DNA from: Euglena gracilis
Lineage: Eukaryota
Assembly (NCBI GenBank): GCA_039621445.1
Contig: CP154954.1
Coordinates: 1-64,000 of the forward strand
DNA length: 64,000 nucleotides
Direction of reading: 5' to 3'
The translations under genes were made by a program, and so were the position numbers. Each line of letters begins with the position of its first letter. The first letter of the stretch is position 1. The notes below the pieces were generated by a model that made no database searches, was not told the origin of the DNA, and saw only the letters and a list, made by a program, of their open reading frames with translations. Below, piece after piece: positions 31,259 through 54,916 of the stretch.

Positions 31259-32381
31259 ATGACAAATATTGATTTGCGAGTTTAAGTGTAATAATATATT
31301 ATTAATAATTTTTTATATTTATTATCTATATATATGTTGAAATTCGGTAAATAAGAGCATTATTAAATATTTTGATAGTAGTATTTTTCTTTAACAAACC
31401 GTTTATTATTGTTTTGTAAAATTTATTCATTAGTTGGGAGATCACTTATTTTTATTACTATATTAATATTACATAATTAAATTAGTTAAATATTAGTAAA
31501 TCTTGAAATATTTAAATTTTATTTTTCAAAACTTTATGATTAATGGTTTCCTGTAGAGTTTGTTAATAAATTGTTTTAAAAATTTATAATTTAATTTAAT
31601 GTAATTAGGTGTGATTTTTTTTATAGAAGTATAATTAATTTTTGATTTTTATTAATATATATACATATTTTTATTCTTTTGTTAGGTTTTATTTAGCCTT
31701 ATACGATATGCTTACAAGAATAAGAAACTCTCTTTTAATAAAAGCTAGAAAAATTTACTGTTGTTAATACAAATCTTACTGTAAATATATTTGAAATTTT
31801 AAAAAAAGAAGGATTTATTGACTCTTTTGAATTGGCTGACGCTACGTGTTTAACTGAAAACGGTGTTATAAAAAAATATATTACAATCTTTTTAAAATAT
31901 AAAGGTCCAAAACAAGTTTCTTATATAACTAAAATAAAACGTGTAAGCAAACCTGGTTTGCGTACTTATAGTAGTTATAAACAACTACAATCAGTAGCAG
32001 GTGGCGTTGGTTTAACTGTTTGTGCGATATGTTTTTTGAGTTTCATAAGATAAAAATTATAAGCAATAATAAATTTTTTATAATGATTTCCTTTATTATA
32101 ATTTAGCAAGAATTTCTATTTTTGTATTCTAATGCATGTTTTTGTGAAAAACATAAAATTTAATTCTTATTATTCGTGAATTATTTTGAAATATTTTTTA
32201 ACGTAATTTTTTGTATTATTATTATTATTTTTATTTGAGCCTTATGTTGATTATTAACTTGTATTGTTCTTAAAGAAATTTTAAAATTTAATTTTGCATG
32301 TCTACTTCTAAAGGATTAATGACTGATCGATTGGCTAGATCTAATAAAATTGGTGGGGAGATTCTGTTTTATATTTGGTAA
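31259..32381 (+). CDS. rps8: 30S ribosomal protein S8 (3 introns; apparent 1-nt insertion ~31755)
   Basis: MTNID|..|DMLTRIRN...KRVSKPGLRTY...STSKGLMTD...IGGEILFYIW*. Confidence 0.88.
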
Positions 32382-32464
32382 ATAAACTAAAATTACCTCT
32401 TTTGTTTTATTATTTTTTATTAAAAAGTTGTTTGATAATTTTTGTTTAATTAGACTTAATTTTT

Positions 32465-32578
32465 ATGAAAATACGTTCTTCTGTTAAAAAAATTTGTAAT
32501 AAATGTTATTTGATTCGTCGCAAAAACAATCTTTTAGTTGTTTGTATAAATAACAAGCATAAACAACGACAGGGTTAA
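32465..32578 (+). CDS. rpl36: 50S ribosomal protein L36
   Basis: [14 protein letters not shown]...KHKQRQG*. Confidence 0.95.
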   Translation: MKIRSSVKKICNKCYLIRRKNNLLVVCINNKHKQRQG

Positions 32579-32606
32579 ACTTGTTTTGCGTCTATAATTT
32601 GTAGGC

Positions 32607-32690
32607 GCATTTATGGCAGAGTGGACGATAGCACGGGACTCATAATCTCGCTCCGGAAGGACGTCGCTGGTTCGAATCCAGCTGAATGCA
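32607..32690 (+). tRNA. trnI: tRNA-Ile(CAU), long variable arm
   Basis: GCATTTA/TGAATGC acceptor stem, CTCATAA anticodon loop, GGTTCGAATCC T-arm. Confidence 0.85.
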
Positions 32691-32729
32691 TCTTATTCGA
32701 GCATTATTTAACCTAAAAATTTTTTATTT

Positions 32730-33138
32730 ATGTCAAAAAAAAGTCTTATAGCAAGACAGAGAAAACGAATAATATTAGTATTAATACATTCCCATAACCG
32801 TTATGTATACAGGACAAATGGAAAAGACGAAAAATCTTTTGAGAAAAAATTGCGGATTTACTCTTTTTTGCAAAAATTACCTAGAAATAGTTTGCGTTGC
32901 CGATTAATTTGATTTTCTATTTGTCATTCAAATTTTATAGCTGTTAATAATTTGAAAAATTTATAAAATTTTTATATTTATTTTTTTGAGTATTTTTATT
33001 TGTTAACTCTTTCGAAATCGTTGTTACGTAACAGGGAGATCACGTGGATATTTTAGGACTTTTGGATTATCACGACATATTCTTCGAGATATGGCTCATT
33101 ATGGTTTACTTCCAGGTGTAACCAAAGCGAGTTGGTAA
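32730..33138 (+). CDS. rps14: 30S ribosomal protein S14 (1 group III intron)
   Basis: [13 protein letters not shown]...LPRNS...|[11 protein letters not shown]...[11 protein letters not shown]. Confidence 0.93.
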
Positions 33139-33190
33139 ACTTAAATTTACTTATAATAATATAAGTATAAATTAATTTATAATAATAATA

Positions 33191-33263
33191 GCTGGGATAG
33201 CTCAGTTGGTAGAGCGGAGGACTGAAAATCCTTGTGTCACCAGTTCAAATCTGGTTCCTAGCA
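33191..33263 (+). tRNA. trnF: tRNA-Phe(GAA)
   Basis: GCTGGGATAGCTCAGTTGGTAGAGC...CTGAAAA...GTTCAAATC. Confidence 0.96.
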
Positions 33264-33264
33264 T

Positions 33265-33336
33265 GGCGGCATGGCCAAGCGGTAAGGCAGAAGATTGCAA
33301 ATCTTTTATTCCCCAGTTCGATTCTGGGTGTCGTCT
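33265..33336 (+). tRNA. trnC: tRNA-Cys(GCA)
   Basis: GGCGGCATGGCCAAGCGGTAAGGC...TTGCAAA...GTTCGATTC. Confidence 0.95.
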
Positions 33337-33506
33337 TTAAGAGAATTGAAGAAACAATAAAACAAAAAATACATAGATGATTCCGGTATTTACTTCTTAA
33401 AATAATAAAGAAAATTTTTTTTTATGAAATATTTTTATATATCTTTTATAACTATTATTTTCTTTATATGTATGTTACGCTACTCGTTTTTTAAATTTAA
33501 TTAAAT

Positions 33507-34930
33507 ATGATTACTGTAGAAAAAATGCTTAATTCTAGTGTTCATCTTGGTCATAAGGTTAAACAATGGAATCCAAGAATGAGAATTTATATTTATGGAG
33601 AACGCAAAGGTCTTCATATTATCGATTTGTTACAGACTATAGTTTGTTTAAAAAAAGCTTGCAATTTCCTTATACGTTCTGTACGTAAAGGTAAAAGTTG
33701 TGACTTTTTATGAAAACCAATCTGTTAGATTTTAGCATTTTTTAAAAAGCTTTATAAATTTTTTATGAATATTTATTAGAAAAATTTTTAATCTTAATGG
33801 CTCTTTTTGTTTGTACAAAACGCTTTTTTTCTATTTTAACACAAAAAATCGCTTTAAAATGTAATTCTTTTTTTGTAACAAAACGTTGGTTGGGCGGTAT
33901 ATTGACAAATTGGATAACAATTAAAAATTGCATAAATAAATTAAAGCAATTTTTTGATAATAAAAATTATAAATTTTATTTATAACTAAATTACATTTAA
34001 TTATAAAATTAAGAATAATTTTGGGATTATTTTATTTTTGTTGCAATAAAATTTTATGCTAAAATCAAAACAAAAAGAAAAGCATCACAACTTATTAACA
34101 AAAAAAGAACGTTTAGTACTAAAAAAAAAAAATTAAATGTGACTCAATTTTTATTTTTTAACTAAATTTTAAAATTTTTATAAATATATTTATTTTCAAA
34201 CTAGATAATTAATCGAAAGAATATTCTATTTAATTAGCTTAAAAAATATTTTTCCGGTATGAGAGATATGACTGAACGTCCTGAAATTGTTATTATAATA
34301 GGACAAAACAAGGAGATAAATGCTGTACGTGAATGTAAAAAGTTAGGTATTGCTAGTATAACTATAGTGCGTTATTCATGTTTTAAGTATCTCTTTTTTC
34401 CATAGTAGAATTTTTTTTATTAAAGAATAAAAAATTTATAAAATGAAAATTCTTTAAAAATAATTATTAGAATTAATTATTAAATAATTACAATTAAATT
34501 TGAATGAATATAGTAACAAATTATTTCTCGATATTTTATTTTGTTATTTAGTAATATAGTTTTTAATATAACAATAAACTACCTTTGAGGTTTATGAATA
34601 ATTTTTAAAAATTAAATAATGAAAAAGTTTTGTTTTTTTGTAACAAGTTTTAATAACTTTAAATAAATAATTATTCAAAGCTGTATGAAACTTTAAATCG
34701 TTTTCTTGTTCAGTTTGATGAAGCGTATTAATTTTTAAATTAAATGCGTATTTTATTTAGATACCAATTGTGACCCCACACTTACTAAATATCCTATTCC
34801 TTCAAATGATGATTCTATTCTTTCTGTTTCTTTAATTTTGAGTGTTCTTTGTAATTCCATAAATCGGGGCGTTAACAACAAAGTAAGACAAAAATTTGAT
34901 AAGTATAAAAAATTCAAAAAACTTTCTTAA
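33507..34930 (+). CDS. rps2: 30S ribosomal protein S2 (4 introns)
   Basis: [14 protein letters not shown]...[10 protein letters not shown]...DTNCDP...IPSNDDS. Confidence 0.93.
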
Positions 34931-34972
34931 AGGTTTCAGTGACTTTCATAATAATTTTTTATTTTTCGAGAA

Positions 34973-36587
34973 ATGAAGATTGTTTTATTATATTATTTTT
35001 GTGATTTCAATCCCTTTCATATGAAGTTTGTTTTAATTATATTTTTTAATTTTTTGAATTTTTAAGACTTCTTCTTTTAGTTAAAACTTTTTTAAAAAAT
35101 TTTTTCTGTAAACATGTTTATTTCGGGCATTTTTCTGTTGATTTTAAAAATTAAACATTCTTTTAACAATAAAAATTTTTTCGGATTTTTTATAAATATA
35201 AATATTTTGATTAAATACTTCCTAAGAAAATTTTAACTTTTAAAAATTGCTAATGTTTTGCGATTTAAATAATTTTCATTTAAAAGTTCAGATGTAGAAA
35301 CTTTAATTCAAATTTATTGCTATTTATAAGAATATTTAAAAATATTTTATTATTTTTAAGAAGTTGGGCAACACTTTTATTGGTCAATTTTAGGTTTTCA
35401 AATTCACGGGCAAGTATTAATTAATTCTTGGATTGTTATATTAATAATAGGTTTTTTAAGTATTTATACTACAAAAAATCTTACTTTAGTACCAGCAAAC
35501 AAACAAATTTTTATAGAACTTGTCACAGAATTTATAACAGACATTTCAAAAACTCAAATAGGTGAAAAAGAATATTCAAAATGGGTTCCTTATATTGGAA
35601 CTATGTTTTTATTTATCTTTGTGTCAAATTGGTCAGGGGCACTAATTCCTTGGAAAATTATTGAACTTCCAAATGGAGAGTTGGGAGCACCTACAAATGA
35701 TATGTGCGTTTTGAATTTATCATAAAAAGTTTATTCAAAATGGTTTATAAAGCAATGGAATTAATAAAGTAATTTTATTTGTCTGAAACTCTAAAATTTG
35801 GTTAATTTATTAAATATTTGCAATAAAATATCCTTTTTTTTTTTAACATTTATAGTTGATAAAGATTTCTGATAAAACAAATATGTATTTATTAATTTTA
35901 TTATTTATTTATAGATAAGACTCAACATTTATTAAAGTGTAGTTGTTAGATCTTTTTTTTATAATTGTAAGTTATATACGTTTTGTAATGTAGGTATAAA
36001 TTTTAAGAGGATGTTTTCTATCTATTTAATACTACGGCAGGACTTGCTATATTGACATCTTTAGCGTATTTTTATGCTGGACTTAACAAAAAAGGTTTTG
36101 TCGTATATTTTATTAAAGAATTTTAAATTTACTAAGCTTACTTTAATTTATATAAATTTTATAGTTTTTTTATTAATTACTTAATAAAGAATTTAAATTC
36201 TATTAAACTTAACATATTTTAAAAAATATGTTCAACCTACTCCAATTTTATTGCCCATTAATATTTTGGAGGATTTTACTAAACCTCTTTCCTTAAGTTT
36301 CAGACTTTTTGGTAATATTTTAGCAGATGAATTAGTAGTAGCGGTATTGGTTTCTTTGGTACCGCTAATTGTTCCTGTTCCTTTAATTTTTTTAGGTTTA
36401 TTTACTAGTGGTATTCAAGCTTTAATTTTTGCAACTTTGTCTGGATCAACGCGATTTCCCATTTATTAAAATTTGTATTTTTTATAATGACAATTATAGA
36501 ACTAATTAATACTATTATTTTTTTTAGTTTATGAAGGATTATTTTTATCTAAATTATATCGGTGAAGCAATGGAAGGTCATCATTAA
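34973..36587 (+). CDS. atpI: ATP synthase CF0 subunit a (multiple introns)
   Basis: EVGQHFYW...APTND|..[16 protein letters not shown]...[10 protein letters not shown]. Start approximate. Confidence 0.9.
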
Positions 36588-36701
36588 TAGTAAGTGATAT
36601 TAAGTAACATTTTATTACCCAAGTATTAATTTTTAATATTCAATCCTTTATTCTTTAATTTAATTAAATTAAAAGTTCAAAATTTAACTTTTAAGCAATA
36701 A

Positions 36702-36965
<264 letters not shown>

Positions 36966-37080
36966 TTTTAATATTAGATTTTTAATAAAAAAATTTTAAA
37001 ATTTAATCGAGAGTATAATACTGTATAGTTTATATTTTGAGGTTTCCTAAAATGAAAGCAACTATTGTGTAAAAAATATC

Positions 37081-39238
37081 GTGGTGTGTGAAACGTTAAT
37101 GACAATAAATTACTTTTCTAAAATTTTTAGTTAAATTTGGCTGTTTGGCTATTAATCTTATTTTAATAATTTTACATGAAAAAGATTACATTGCGAAAAA
37201 ATTTTAATCTATTTTTACAAATATTATTCATTTTTCAATTAGAATAAATATATTTGCCGGAATAACGGTAGATTAAGTTTATACATGTTATTTCAAAGGT
37301 TAGATTTATTTAAATTATAATTTACAAATATATTAATAATAAATTGTAGTTAAAATATACTAAATTTTTATAATAAAAATTTTTTTTAATATCATGTTTT
37401 AAAAATTTTAAACACTTCTATTATAATTTGAACATAATATTAAACCTAATGATTAAAAAACATTAAAATTAAGATACGTTGTTATATGAAATATAAAAAT
37501 ATTTATTAAAGTTGGAATTTCGTATTATTGTTTTTCTTATTAAACTTGAAAGATAATTCTAGAACTATTTTAAAAAATATTTTAATTTAATAGGTAAAGT
37601 GTTGTTTTTAAATTTTTAAAACGCTGTATGATCTGAAAAGTTCAAATACGGTGTATTTGGGGATATCGAGAATTTTCTCATTATATATCTATCTAAATAA
37701 TTGATAATTTTAATATTTTCACTATCATTTCTAACGCTAAGACTTTCGGTATAAATACAAATGTTTTTGAAACGAATATTATAAATTTAGCGATAGTAGT
37801 TGGAACCCTGTTTTATTATGGAAAGTTAACTTTTTAGTCATTATTTTTAATTTTAATTTTACAAATTCAGTAAAATTAATATAAATTATATTTTAAAAAA
37901 TAATTTTATATAAAAGCTTTTATGTAATTTTGTTGTGATAACAGTTATAATTATTATAAGTTAAATTTTTTATAAGTAAGAATCATTTATTTTTTAATAC
38001 AACGGTAATGTTAAAAACATTAAAATATTTATCATTAATTTTAAACTTAAAAATTATAGAAATTCTTTAAAGATAGAAGATCAATTTCCGATAATTTTGA
38101 AATAGATATTAATGAATATTATATAGATTTAAGACGTATGCAAAAAATTTTGCTCATACCTTTTTGAAAGGAAAATTTTATTTTTATCTAATTTAAGTGA
38201 TTTACTAAAAACGCGAAAAAAAACTATAATTAAAAATATTTTAGATATTGATGAAAAGATCCGTTCTTCGCAAAGTTCTTTATATCTTGCTGAACTTGAA
38301 TTTGAAAATGCAGCTAAAAAAGCTTCTTTAATTCGTTCTAATGGTACAACATTTTGTGTGATTCGTCTATTTAAAATTATATTTATTTTTATGGGAATAG
38401 AGGAAATTTCTAAAATTAGTATTTTACTAAATATTTTTAAAAGAATAATTTATCTCTTATCATGAAAATTATAGAAATATTATAAGCAAGAGAAAAATAA
38501 GATTATAAACTTTTCATTGTTAATTTTTTATTTCACATTTTATAAAATAGATAATCAAAATGTTTCTTCAATCACCGTTAAGTATAATTTTGCTTATCAA
38601 GTTAGGTTATATTATGTTATTGAGAAGAAATTAATATAACTATAAGAAAATAATATAAAAATTTGTAATAAAACAACTTTATATTATGTTAACTATCTTA
38701 AAACTTTTGGTGAACAATCATATTTATTAGTAATATATTATCAGTAAAAATAACGAAGTAATAAAAATTATTATAAAAGGACGATTCTTATAGGTAAATT
38801 TTTTGCTAAAAAAGCTGGTTTATAAAAAATACTAATTTACAAACGCAATTTCAATTTATAAAATTTGTTTCAAATTATTTTCAAACTTATAATAAAACAA
38901 ATAAAATACAATTTTAATTGAATAGCCATATGATTGGAAATAAATCGTGTATGGTTTCGGATAAGAGTATTAAAAAACTACTTTATCGCCTTAAAAGTTT
39001 TGATATAATTCGTTCTTCCGTTAATGAAGATATTAAACGTTTAAAGCAATCAAAGCGTTTAATATTAAGAACGGAAGATAAAAAATCTGTTAGAGAAATT
39101 TTTAAAAATTTATATTCACAAGCCTGTCAAAAAGCTAAAGCGACTATTATTAAACGTCTAAATTCAAAAATTCATAAAAAAATTATTCTGAAAAAAATGG
39201 AAAAAATGTCGCTTAAGAAATTAAAACCTAAATACTAA
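37081..39238 (+). CDS. atpF: ATP synthase CF0 subunit b (3 group II introns)
   Basis: Exon FGINTNVFETNIINL at ~37744; lies between atpH and atpA. Start codon approximate. Confidence 0.82.
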
Positions 39239-39342
39239 GAAAAAAATAAATACATATATGTATTGTTTATGTTGAAAATTTTGACTTATTAATTTTGTAT
39301 TTATATGTTTAGCATTGTCTATATATGCCCCAGGCCCAAGCT

Positions 39343-42694
<3,352 letters not shown>

Positions 42695-42879
42695 CTCGAT
42701 ATTAGTTATAATAGTAAAAATATGCCAATAATATCTATGTATTTGCCCGAATAAATGAAAAACTTTAAAAAATTCAGTAAATAAAAAACAAAATTTTTCC
42801 CTTAATAATGGGAACAAATTTAATAAATTTTAACTAAATTTATATTAAATTTATTTATGTTATAAGATGTTTTAACTTT

Positions 42880-43609
42880 ATGAAATTTGTGATTGTACTT
42901 TTAAATAAATTAAAATAAAAATATTATAAAATAAAATTATTTTTAATATAAATCTTAACAAAATTTTAGAAAGAATTTTTATCATATACCCAGCACTTAT
43001 TGATTATAAAAATGTTAATATTCTTAGAAGATTCATAAACTTTCAAGGTAAAATAATTCCAAAACGATTAAACAAACCTAAATTAACATATAAACAGCAC
43101 CGTCTTCTAAGAAAATCTTTTTGATTTTATTTAAAATATTAAAAAAATTAAAATGACAATAATATCAATAATCAAACAATAAAAAATTTTTTTGTCTTTC
43201 TAAGAAAAAACATATTATGTTTTCACGTTAAAATTATTAAAAAATAGTAAAAATAATAGTGACATTAAAACAATAAAATTGAGTATTCCACAAAAATTTT
43301 AAAAACAAATACATATTTTTTATAAAATTCTTTATATTTTGAAAAACATTTAGTTATTTTTAATATAAATTTGTAAAATGATTGTTCTTATTTTTTAAAA
43401 ATTACAAAATTGTAAGATTAAAAATTTTAATTAAAAATAAAATAATTTAAATTATTTAATTAAAAATTAAAATTATTTTCTTTAGTAGATTAAAATATAC
43501 GCATTTTAAAGATTAATATTATGACTACATTTTAATAAAAGTATATTCAAAAGTTAAACAAGCACGCTATTTAGGCTTACTTCCTTTTAAAACTAAAGAT
43601 TTTTTTTAA
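42880..43609 (+). CDS. rps18: 30S ribosomal protein S18 (2 introns)
   Basis: [23 protein letters not shown]...KQHR...|[12 protein letters not shown]. Start approximate. Confidence 0.88.
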
Positions 43610-43637
43610 TATTCTTTAGTTTTAATACTTCAAATTT

Positions 43638-43769
<132 letters not shown>

Positions 43770-43864
43770 CTAAATAAAATTTACCTTTCAATTTCATACA
43801 AATACGTTCATTAAATCTATAACGATTTTTGTAAATTTATTATAAATAATAAAGAAAACCTTAT

Positions 43865-43938
43865 CGGGATGTAGCGCAGTTTGGTAGCGCATTGCATTTG
43901 GGATGCAAGGGTCGCAGGTTCGAATCCTGTCATCCCGA
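43865..43938 (+). tRNA. trnP: tRNA-Pro(UGG)
   Basis: CGGGATGTAGCGCAG...TTTGGGA...GGTTCGAATCCTGTCATCCCG. Confidence 0.96.
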
Positions 43939-43948
43939 AAAACAGAAA

Positions 43949-44033
43949 GGAGAGGTGTCTGAGTGGTTTAAAGTACTGGTCTTGAAAACCAGCGTAGTTT
44001 TTGCTACCGAGGGTTCGAATCCCTCCTTCTCCG
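43949..44033 (+). tRNA. trnS: tRNA-Ser(UGA)
   Basis: GGAGAGGTGTCTGAGTGG...CTTGAAA...long variable arm...GGTTCGAATCCC. Confidence 0.95.
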
Positions 44034-44146
44034 AATTAAAATGAAAATTAAAATAAATTTGACGTTTTTAATACAAATCACAATATTTTATTATAAATAA
44101 TATAAAATTATTTTGATCTTAATTTAAATTTAAATATTAAAAAAAT

Positions 44147-44917
44147 TTATGCATTAGTTAAAGTAACTAAATTAGAAGATTGCAATGCTTTGATAAATGC
44201 ATTGAAAGGTGTAACACTTCCATCTGTAGTCAGATCAAAAATCATATAATTATCAAAAAATTCATCTTTTTCTATAATTAAATTTAATCTTTTAATAGGC
44301 TTTTGAAAACTGGCTTTTTTTGCTTCTATTTTTAATAAAATTTTTAAAGTAATATTAAAGGAAATTTTAGTAAACAATAATTCTCGTGAATTTAGTAGTT
44401 TTAAATGAGGAGGAAATATTATATCTCCTGATAAAAAATCTTTCACTTCAAAAGCATTTAAAACAGCAAAAAATTTATTACCTTGGTAGGATTTTGAACA
44501 TAATTTAAAACGTAGAAGTTTGAATTTTTTAGTTATTTCGAGTAAACTTTGTTTTAACTCTTCTAAACCTAAAAAGTTGTGAACAACATGAAAAGTACTA
44601 GTATTTTTTAAATTATTTGTGACAAAGAACATAACATTTGTAATGTTCCAACTCTCAAAAAAATAGATCTTAATCTTTCAATTATAACGAATATTTATAT
44701 AAATTTTTTATTAGGAAAAATTTATTTCTTTTATTAACAATCTTAAAATATTGTAAATTTAATTAAATTATCTAAACAAATCTAGTAATAAATACCTTCT
44801 AATTTCAGTAACAAAAAAGTTTTTATCAAAAAATTGTAGATTTTTTACTTTAAAAAAAGCCAAATTACCATCTTTTAATAGCCTACTTCTTAAAACATAT
44901 ATTTTTAAATATTTCAT
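44147..44917 (-). CDS. rpoA: Highly divergent, truncated RNA polymerase alpha subunit (probably one short intron)
   Basis: N-terminal TEIRRYLL (RpoA LRR.LL); GLEELKQSLLEI (gv.E.v.eil.nl); C-terminal MIFDLTTDGSVTPFNAF (l.lei.TnGsi.P.eAl). Confidence 0.7.
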
Positions 44918-45082
44918 AAAAGATTCATAATAAATAATTACGTTCTATAAAAAAAGAAAAAAAATAATTTTTGTTAAAATTAATAAGGATTTATTGTTAA
45001 ACAAAACATAATTTTTTAAATTAATTTAAACTATATTCTTAGATCAAAATTCATCAAAAATAAAAAAAAGAAAAAATATGAA

Positions 45083-45280
45083 TTATAAGAAAATACCATC
45101 CAATATTCCTATTAAAAAAACTAAAAAAAACCAGAAGCGACACGCCAACCAAATACGAGATTTGTTATTTTCCCATCCTTTAGGAGAAGCAAAAATAACT
45201 GGCAGCGTAAGAACCAATATAAAAGAGAAAATAATTAGAGCTAAAACTAAAGCTTGAAACGTAAATGTAAATAAAAGCAT
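45083..45280 (-). CDS. psbZ: Photosystem II protein Z (ycf9)
   Basis: FQALVLALIIFSFILVLTLPVIFASPKGWENNK. Confidence 0.95.
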   Translation of the reverse strand: MLLFTFTFQALVLALIIFSFILVLTLPVIFASPKGWENNKSRIWLACRFWFFLVFLIGILDGIFL

Positions 45281-45469
45281 AATAACTAAAAGTTAAACAT
45301 TTTACACTTAAACCAAATATAAAAAACTAAAATATATACTAAATCACTTTTATAAAAAAGAATTGTACTTCTTTTATACAATTTTTAAAAATAATTAAAA
45401 AAATCAATAAAGAAAACAACTAATAATTATAGAATAAATAAAAATATTATTTAAAGGTTATGTATAAAC

Positions 45470-45969
45470 TTATTTAATAATTATTGAAGCTCCTGCTTCT
45501 TCTAGAAGTTTTTTAGTTTCTTCTGCTACTTCTTTTGATACAGCCTCACATACAACCTTTGGAACAGATTCAATAAGATCTTTAGCTTCTTTAAGACCTA
45601 ATGTTGTTAAACTACGGACAGTTTTAATAACATTAATTCTTTTTGCACTTGGAACTTCTTGGATGATAACATCAAATTCAGTTTTTTCCTCCACTACAGT
45701 TTCATCCGCTTTTGAAGGTAAAATTGATGGATTCGTATTACTAGCTGACAAAGCAATAGTAGCATCAACACCGAAGGTATTTTCAAAAAAGTAATAATAT
45801 TCTAAATCATAAAAAATAAAAAATATTATTTTATGTAAAATATAATAATAAAAGCTAAAAAAAATAAAATTTTTTTACAAAACCCCAAAATTTGTTTAAC
45901 TAGCTCGTAAGCTTCTAGTAAAGTAATTTTTTTAAGTCTTTCTAAAATTTCATCTGTTTCTGTTGACAT
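45470..45969 (-). CDS. rpl12: 50S ribosomal protein L12 (1 group III intron ~45786-45889)
   Basis: [33 protein letters not shown]...EEKTEFDV...[11 protein letters not shown]. Confidence 0.93.
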
Positions 45970-46067
45970 AATAAAAATAATTCTTCAATAATAAAAAAAA
46001 TAAAATTTTTCTACAAAAATTTTTACATATACCTATTAAGAAGTTATTCTTAAAAAATAAGAAGATT

Positions 46068-47770
46068 CTATCTTTTTGAGAATTGTGGCGCTTTGCGCGC
46101 TTTTTTCAAACCGTATTAATAAACTAGAAAAAAGTTCTGTTACAAAACTAAACATCTTTTTTATTTCATTAAAAAATGTAAGATTAAGCTTTTGAAATAG
46201 ATGATACTATTTTCTTTTTTTTAATTAATAATCTATTGTTAGAGATTGTAACGATTATACAAAACTATACTTTCCCTATTATTAAAATAAAATTGTTTTT
46301 AAAATTAAAAAGAAATTATATAATATAAACAACTATTTTTTATAAAATGAATAATAATTAATGAAAAATTACATATTTGAATTAACTTTATAGTAAATAG
46401 TGTTACAAAGTTAATACAAAAAAATAATAGGACTTAAATATACAAACTTCTTCTTTCTTTACACAAAGAATTTCGTGTTAAAAAACCGTTCACTTTCAGT
46501 TTTTTTTTGTCTTCCTTTTCTATAAAAACGCTTAATGATTTTGATATAGCAAGTTTTTTTACATAAAATAAAATTTCTACAATATAAAACAAAAATATAA
46601 TCTTTAATTTTTTTAAATTTTTGGTATTACTCGGTCATAACGCTTAAAAATCATAAAATGGCATCTGCTTGACCAGAAAGGCCTCCTCCTTTTACATAAG
46701 CATGAACTTTATAATTATTAATGTTAAGAAGTTCGAACGGACTACAATAGAATAAAAATATAACTTTCTAATTTTTAAAACAAAAAAAATGTTTTGCAAT
46801 AGAAAAAACTAAACTAATTAAAAAATACAAATAAAACACAAATACAACTTTCAACGTTATTTAGATTGTAAATACTTGAAAAAATATATAAAAAAATAGT
46901 TTATTAAACAAACAAAAATTAAAAATAACATTTTAAAAATTCTTTTTCTCAACGAAGGTTATTAGTTGATAGAAAATAAAATTGATAAATTATTTCCCTC
47001 AAAAGAACTGGACAAACATCAATAAATGTATCCAGCTCATAAAAAGTTTATTAAAATAAAATAGAATAACTTTCATAAATACTTCCTTAATTAAAATTTT
47101 ATGAACAATAAAGATAATTTATAACAATGTTTAATAATCTATCATTTACTTTTTTATATTTGTATATCATAATTTAAAGAAAGTCTTTCGAATAAAATAT
47201 AAAAATTATAAAAAAATTTAGTTCTTACGTCTAAGGTAAATTTGAATATTTTGATTTCAAATTAAAAAGAATTTCTATCCAAGAAGTATATTAGTATATT
47301 AATATGTGCAACTATATTAATATCGATTTAACTTTATTAAAAATTTCAACTGTTATCTTAAACTTAATTTAAATTCAATTATTAACTCGAAATTTATCAT
47401 CTTTAGGATTAAATTAAAAAATAATAAATCTATTAAATGCTTAAAAATTATTAAATAAAAATCAATAATAAAATTTAAATAAACGAGATTATTTTTTTTC
47501 CCTTAACTTGGAAATGTTAAATAAAGACTTTTAGAACTCGCAACTGCAAATAGTTAAAAGCTTTTTCTCCATTAATCAAAATTTCACCACCACCATCTTT
47601 AGGAAGGAAGAGAATTATTTTGGCAATAGAAGATTTTCTAGTTAAATAAAAAATTTTTAAAAAAATTAAATTAAAAAAATTATATGATTCATAATAAATC
47701 TAAAATAAATATAAAAAATTTTTTAAGAAATCCATAACTTACCTATTACTTCAATAGAATTTAATTTCAT
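46068..47770 (-). CDS. rps9: 30S ribosomal protein S9 (many short exons)
   Basis: Exon pieces RKSSIAK..GGGEILING, VKGGGLSGQADAI, LTRNSLCKERRS, YGLKKARKAPQFSKR*. Confidence 0.88.
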
Positions 47771-47881
47771 AAAAATAACTAAAAATAAATTTAACAATAA
47801 ACAAAATTCTATATTAAAAAATTTTTTTAATAAAATATAAATATGTCCTTTGAAATTTCCTATCTCAAAGAAAAACCTTAT

Positions 47882-48838
<957 letters not shown>

Positions 48839-48872
48839 AAAAATAATTACAATTTTACATATTATCACAGCA

Positions 48873-49037
48873 CTATTGTGGTAATTTGTCTCCAAAAGAA
48901 AAATTAACATTAGTATTCGCTTCAAAAGATTTTCCTAAAGAAAGAGCAAAAAGAACTTTTTTAAGCACCTTTTTTTTCCAGTTACTTTTCCTTGAGTTTC
49001 TACGAGATTTGGACATTTTCTTTTTTGGAACCGCCAT
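48873..49037 (-). CDS. rpl32: 50S ribosomal protein L32
   Basis: MAVPKKKMSKSRRNSRKSNWKKK. Confidence 0.92.
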   Translation of the reverse strand: MAVPKKKMSKSRRNSRKSNWKKKVLKKVLFALSLGKSFEANTNVNFSFGDKLPQ

Positions 49038-49163
49038 AAAAAAATAAAAGATCTTTTTGAACTTAAAAATTTAAACATTATTCTAAAAATTATAAAATTT
49101 AACGTATTTAAAAAATACTAAAAAATATTCAAAAAAATTTGAGATAAAACGAAATTATTTTAA

Positions 49164-54727
<5,564 letters not shown>

Positions 54728-54916
54728 ATTTTAATAATAAAATAAAAATTATATTCGAAAAATCACTTTACAGTTATTTATAGATAATTTACATTATTAT
54801 TAATAAGTTTTGCTACTAATTTTTGTCTATTTGAGGTCTAAAAATATAATACTCACGTTTAGTTTCTTTTACTCTAGATAAGTCAGTTACGTTAGTTTCA
54901 CAGTCAATATACGTAT

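Noticed and set aside
31740-31775. Frameshift in the rps8 exon suggesting a pseudogene or recoding
   Set aside because: Single-base insertion in a locally noisy stretch of an essential gene; likely sequencing error.
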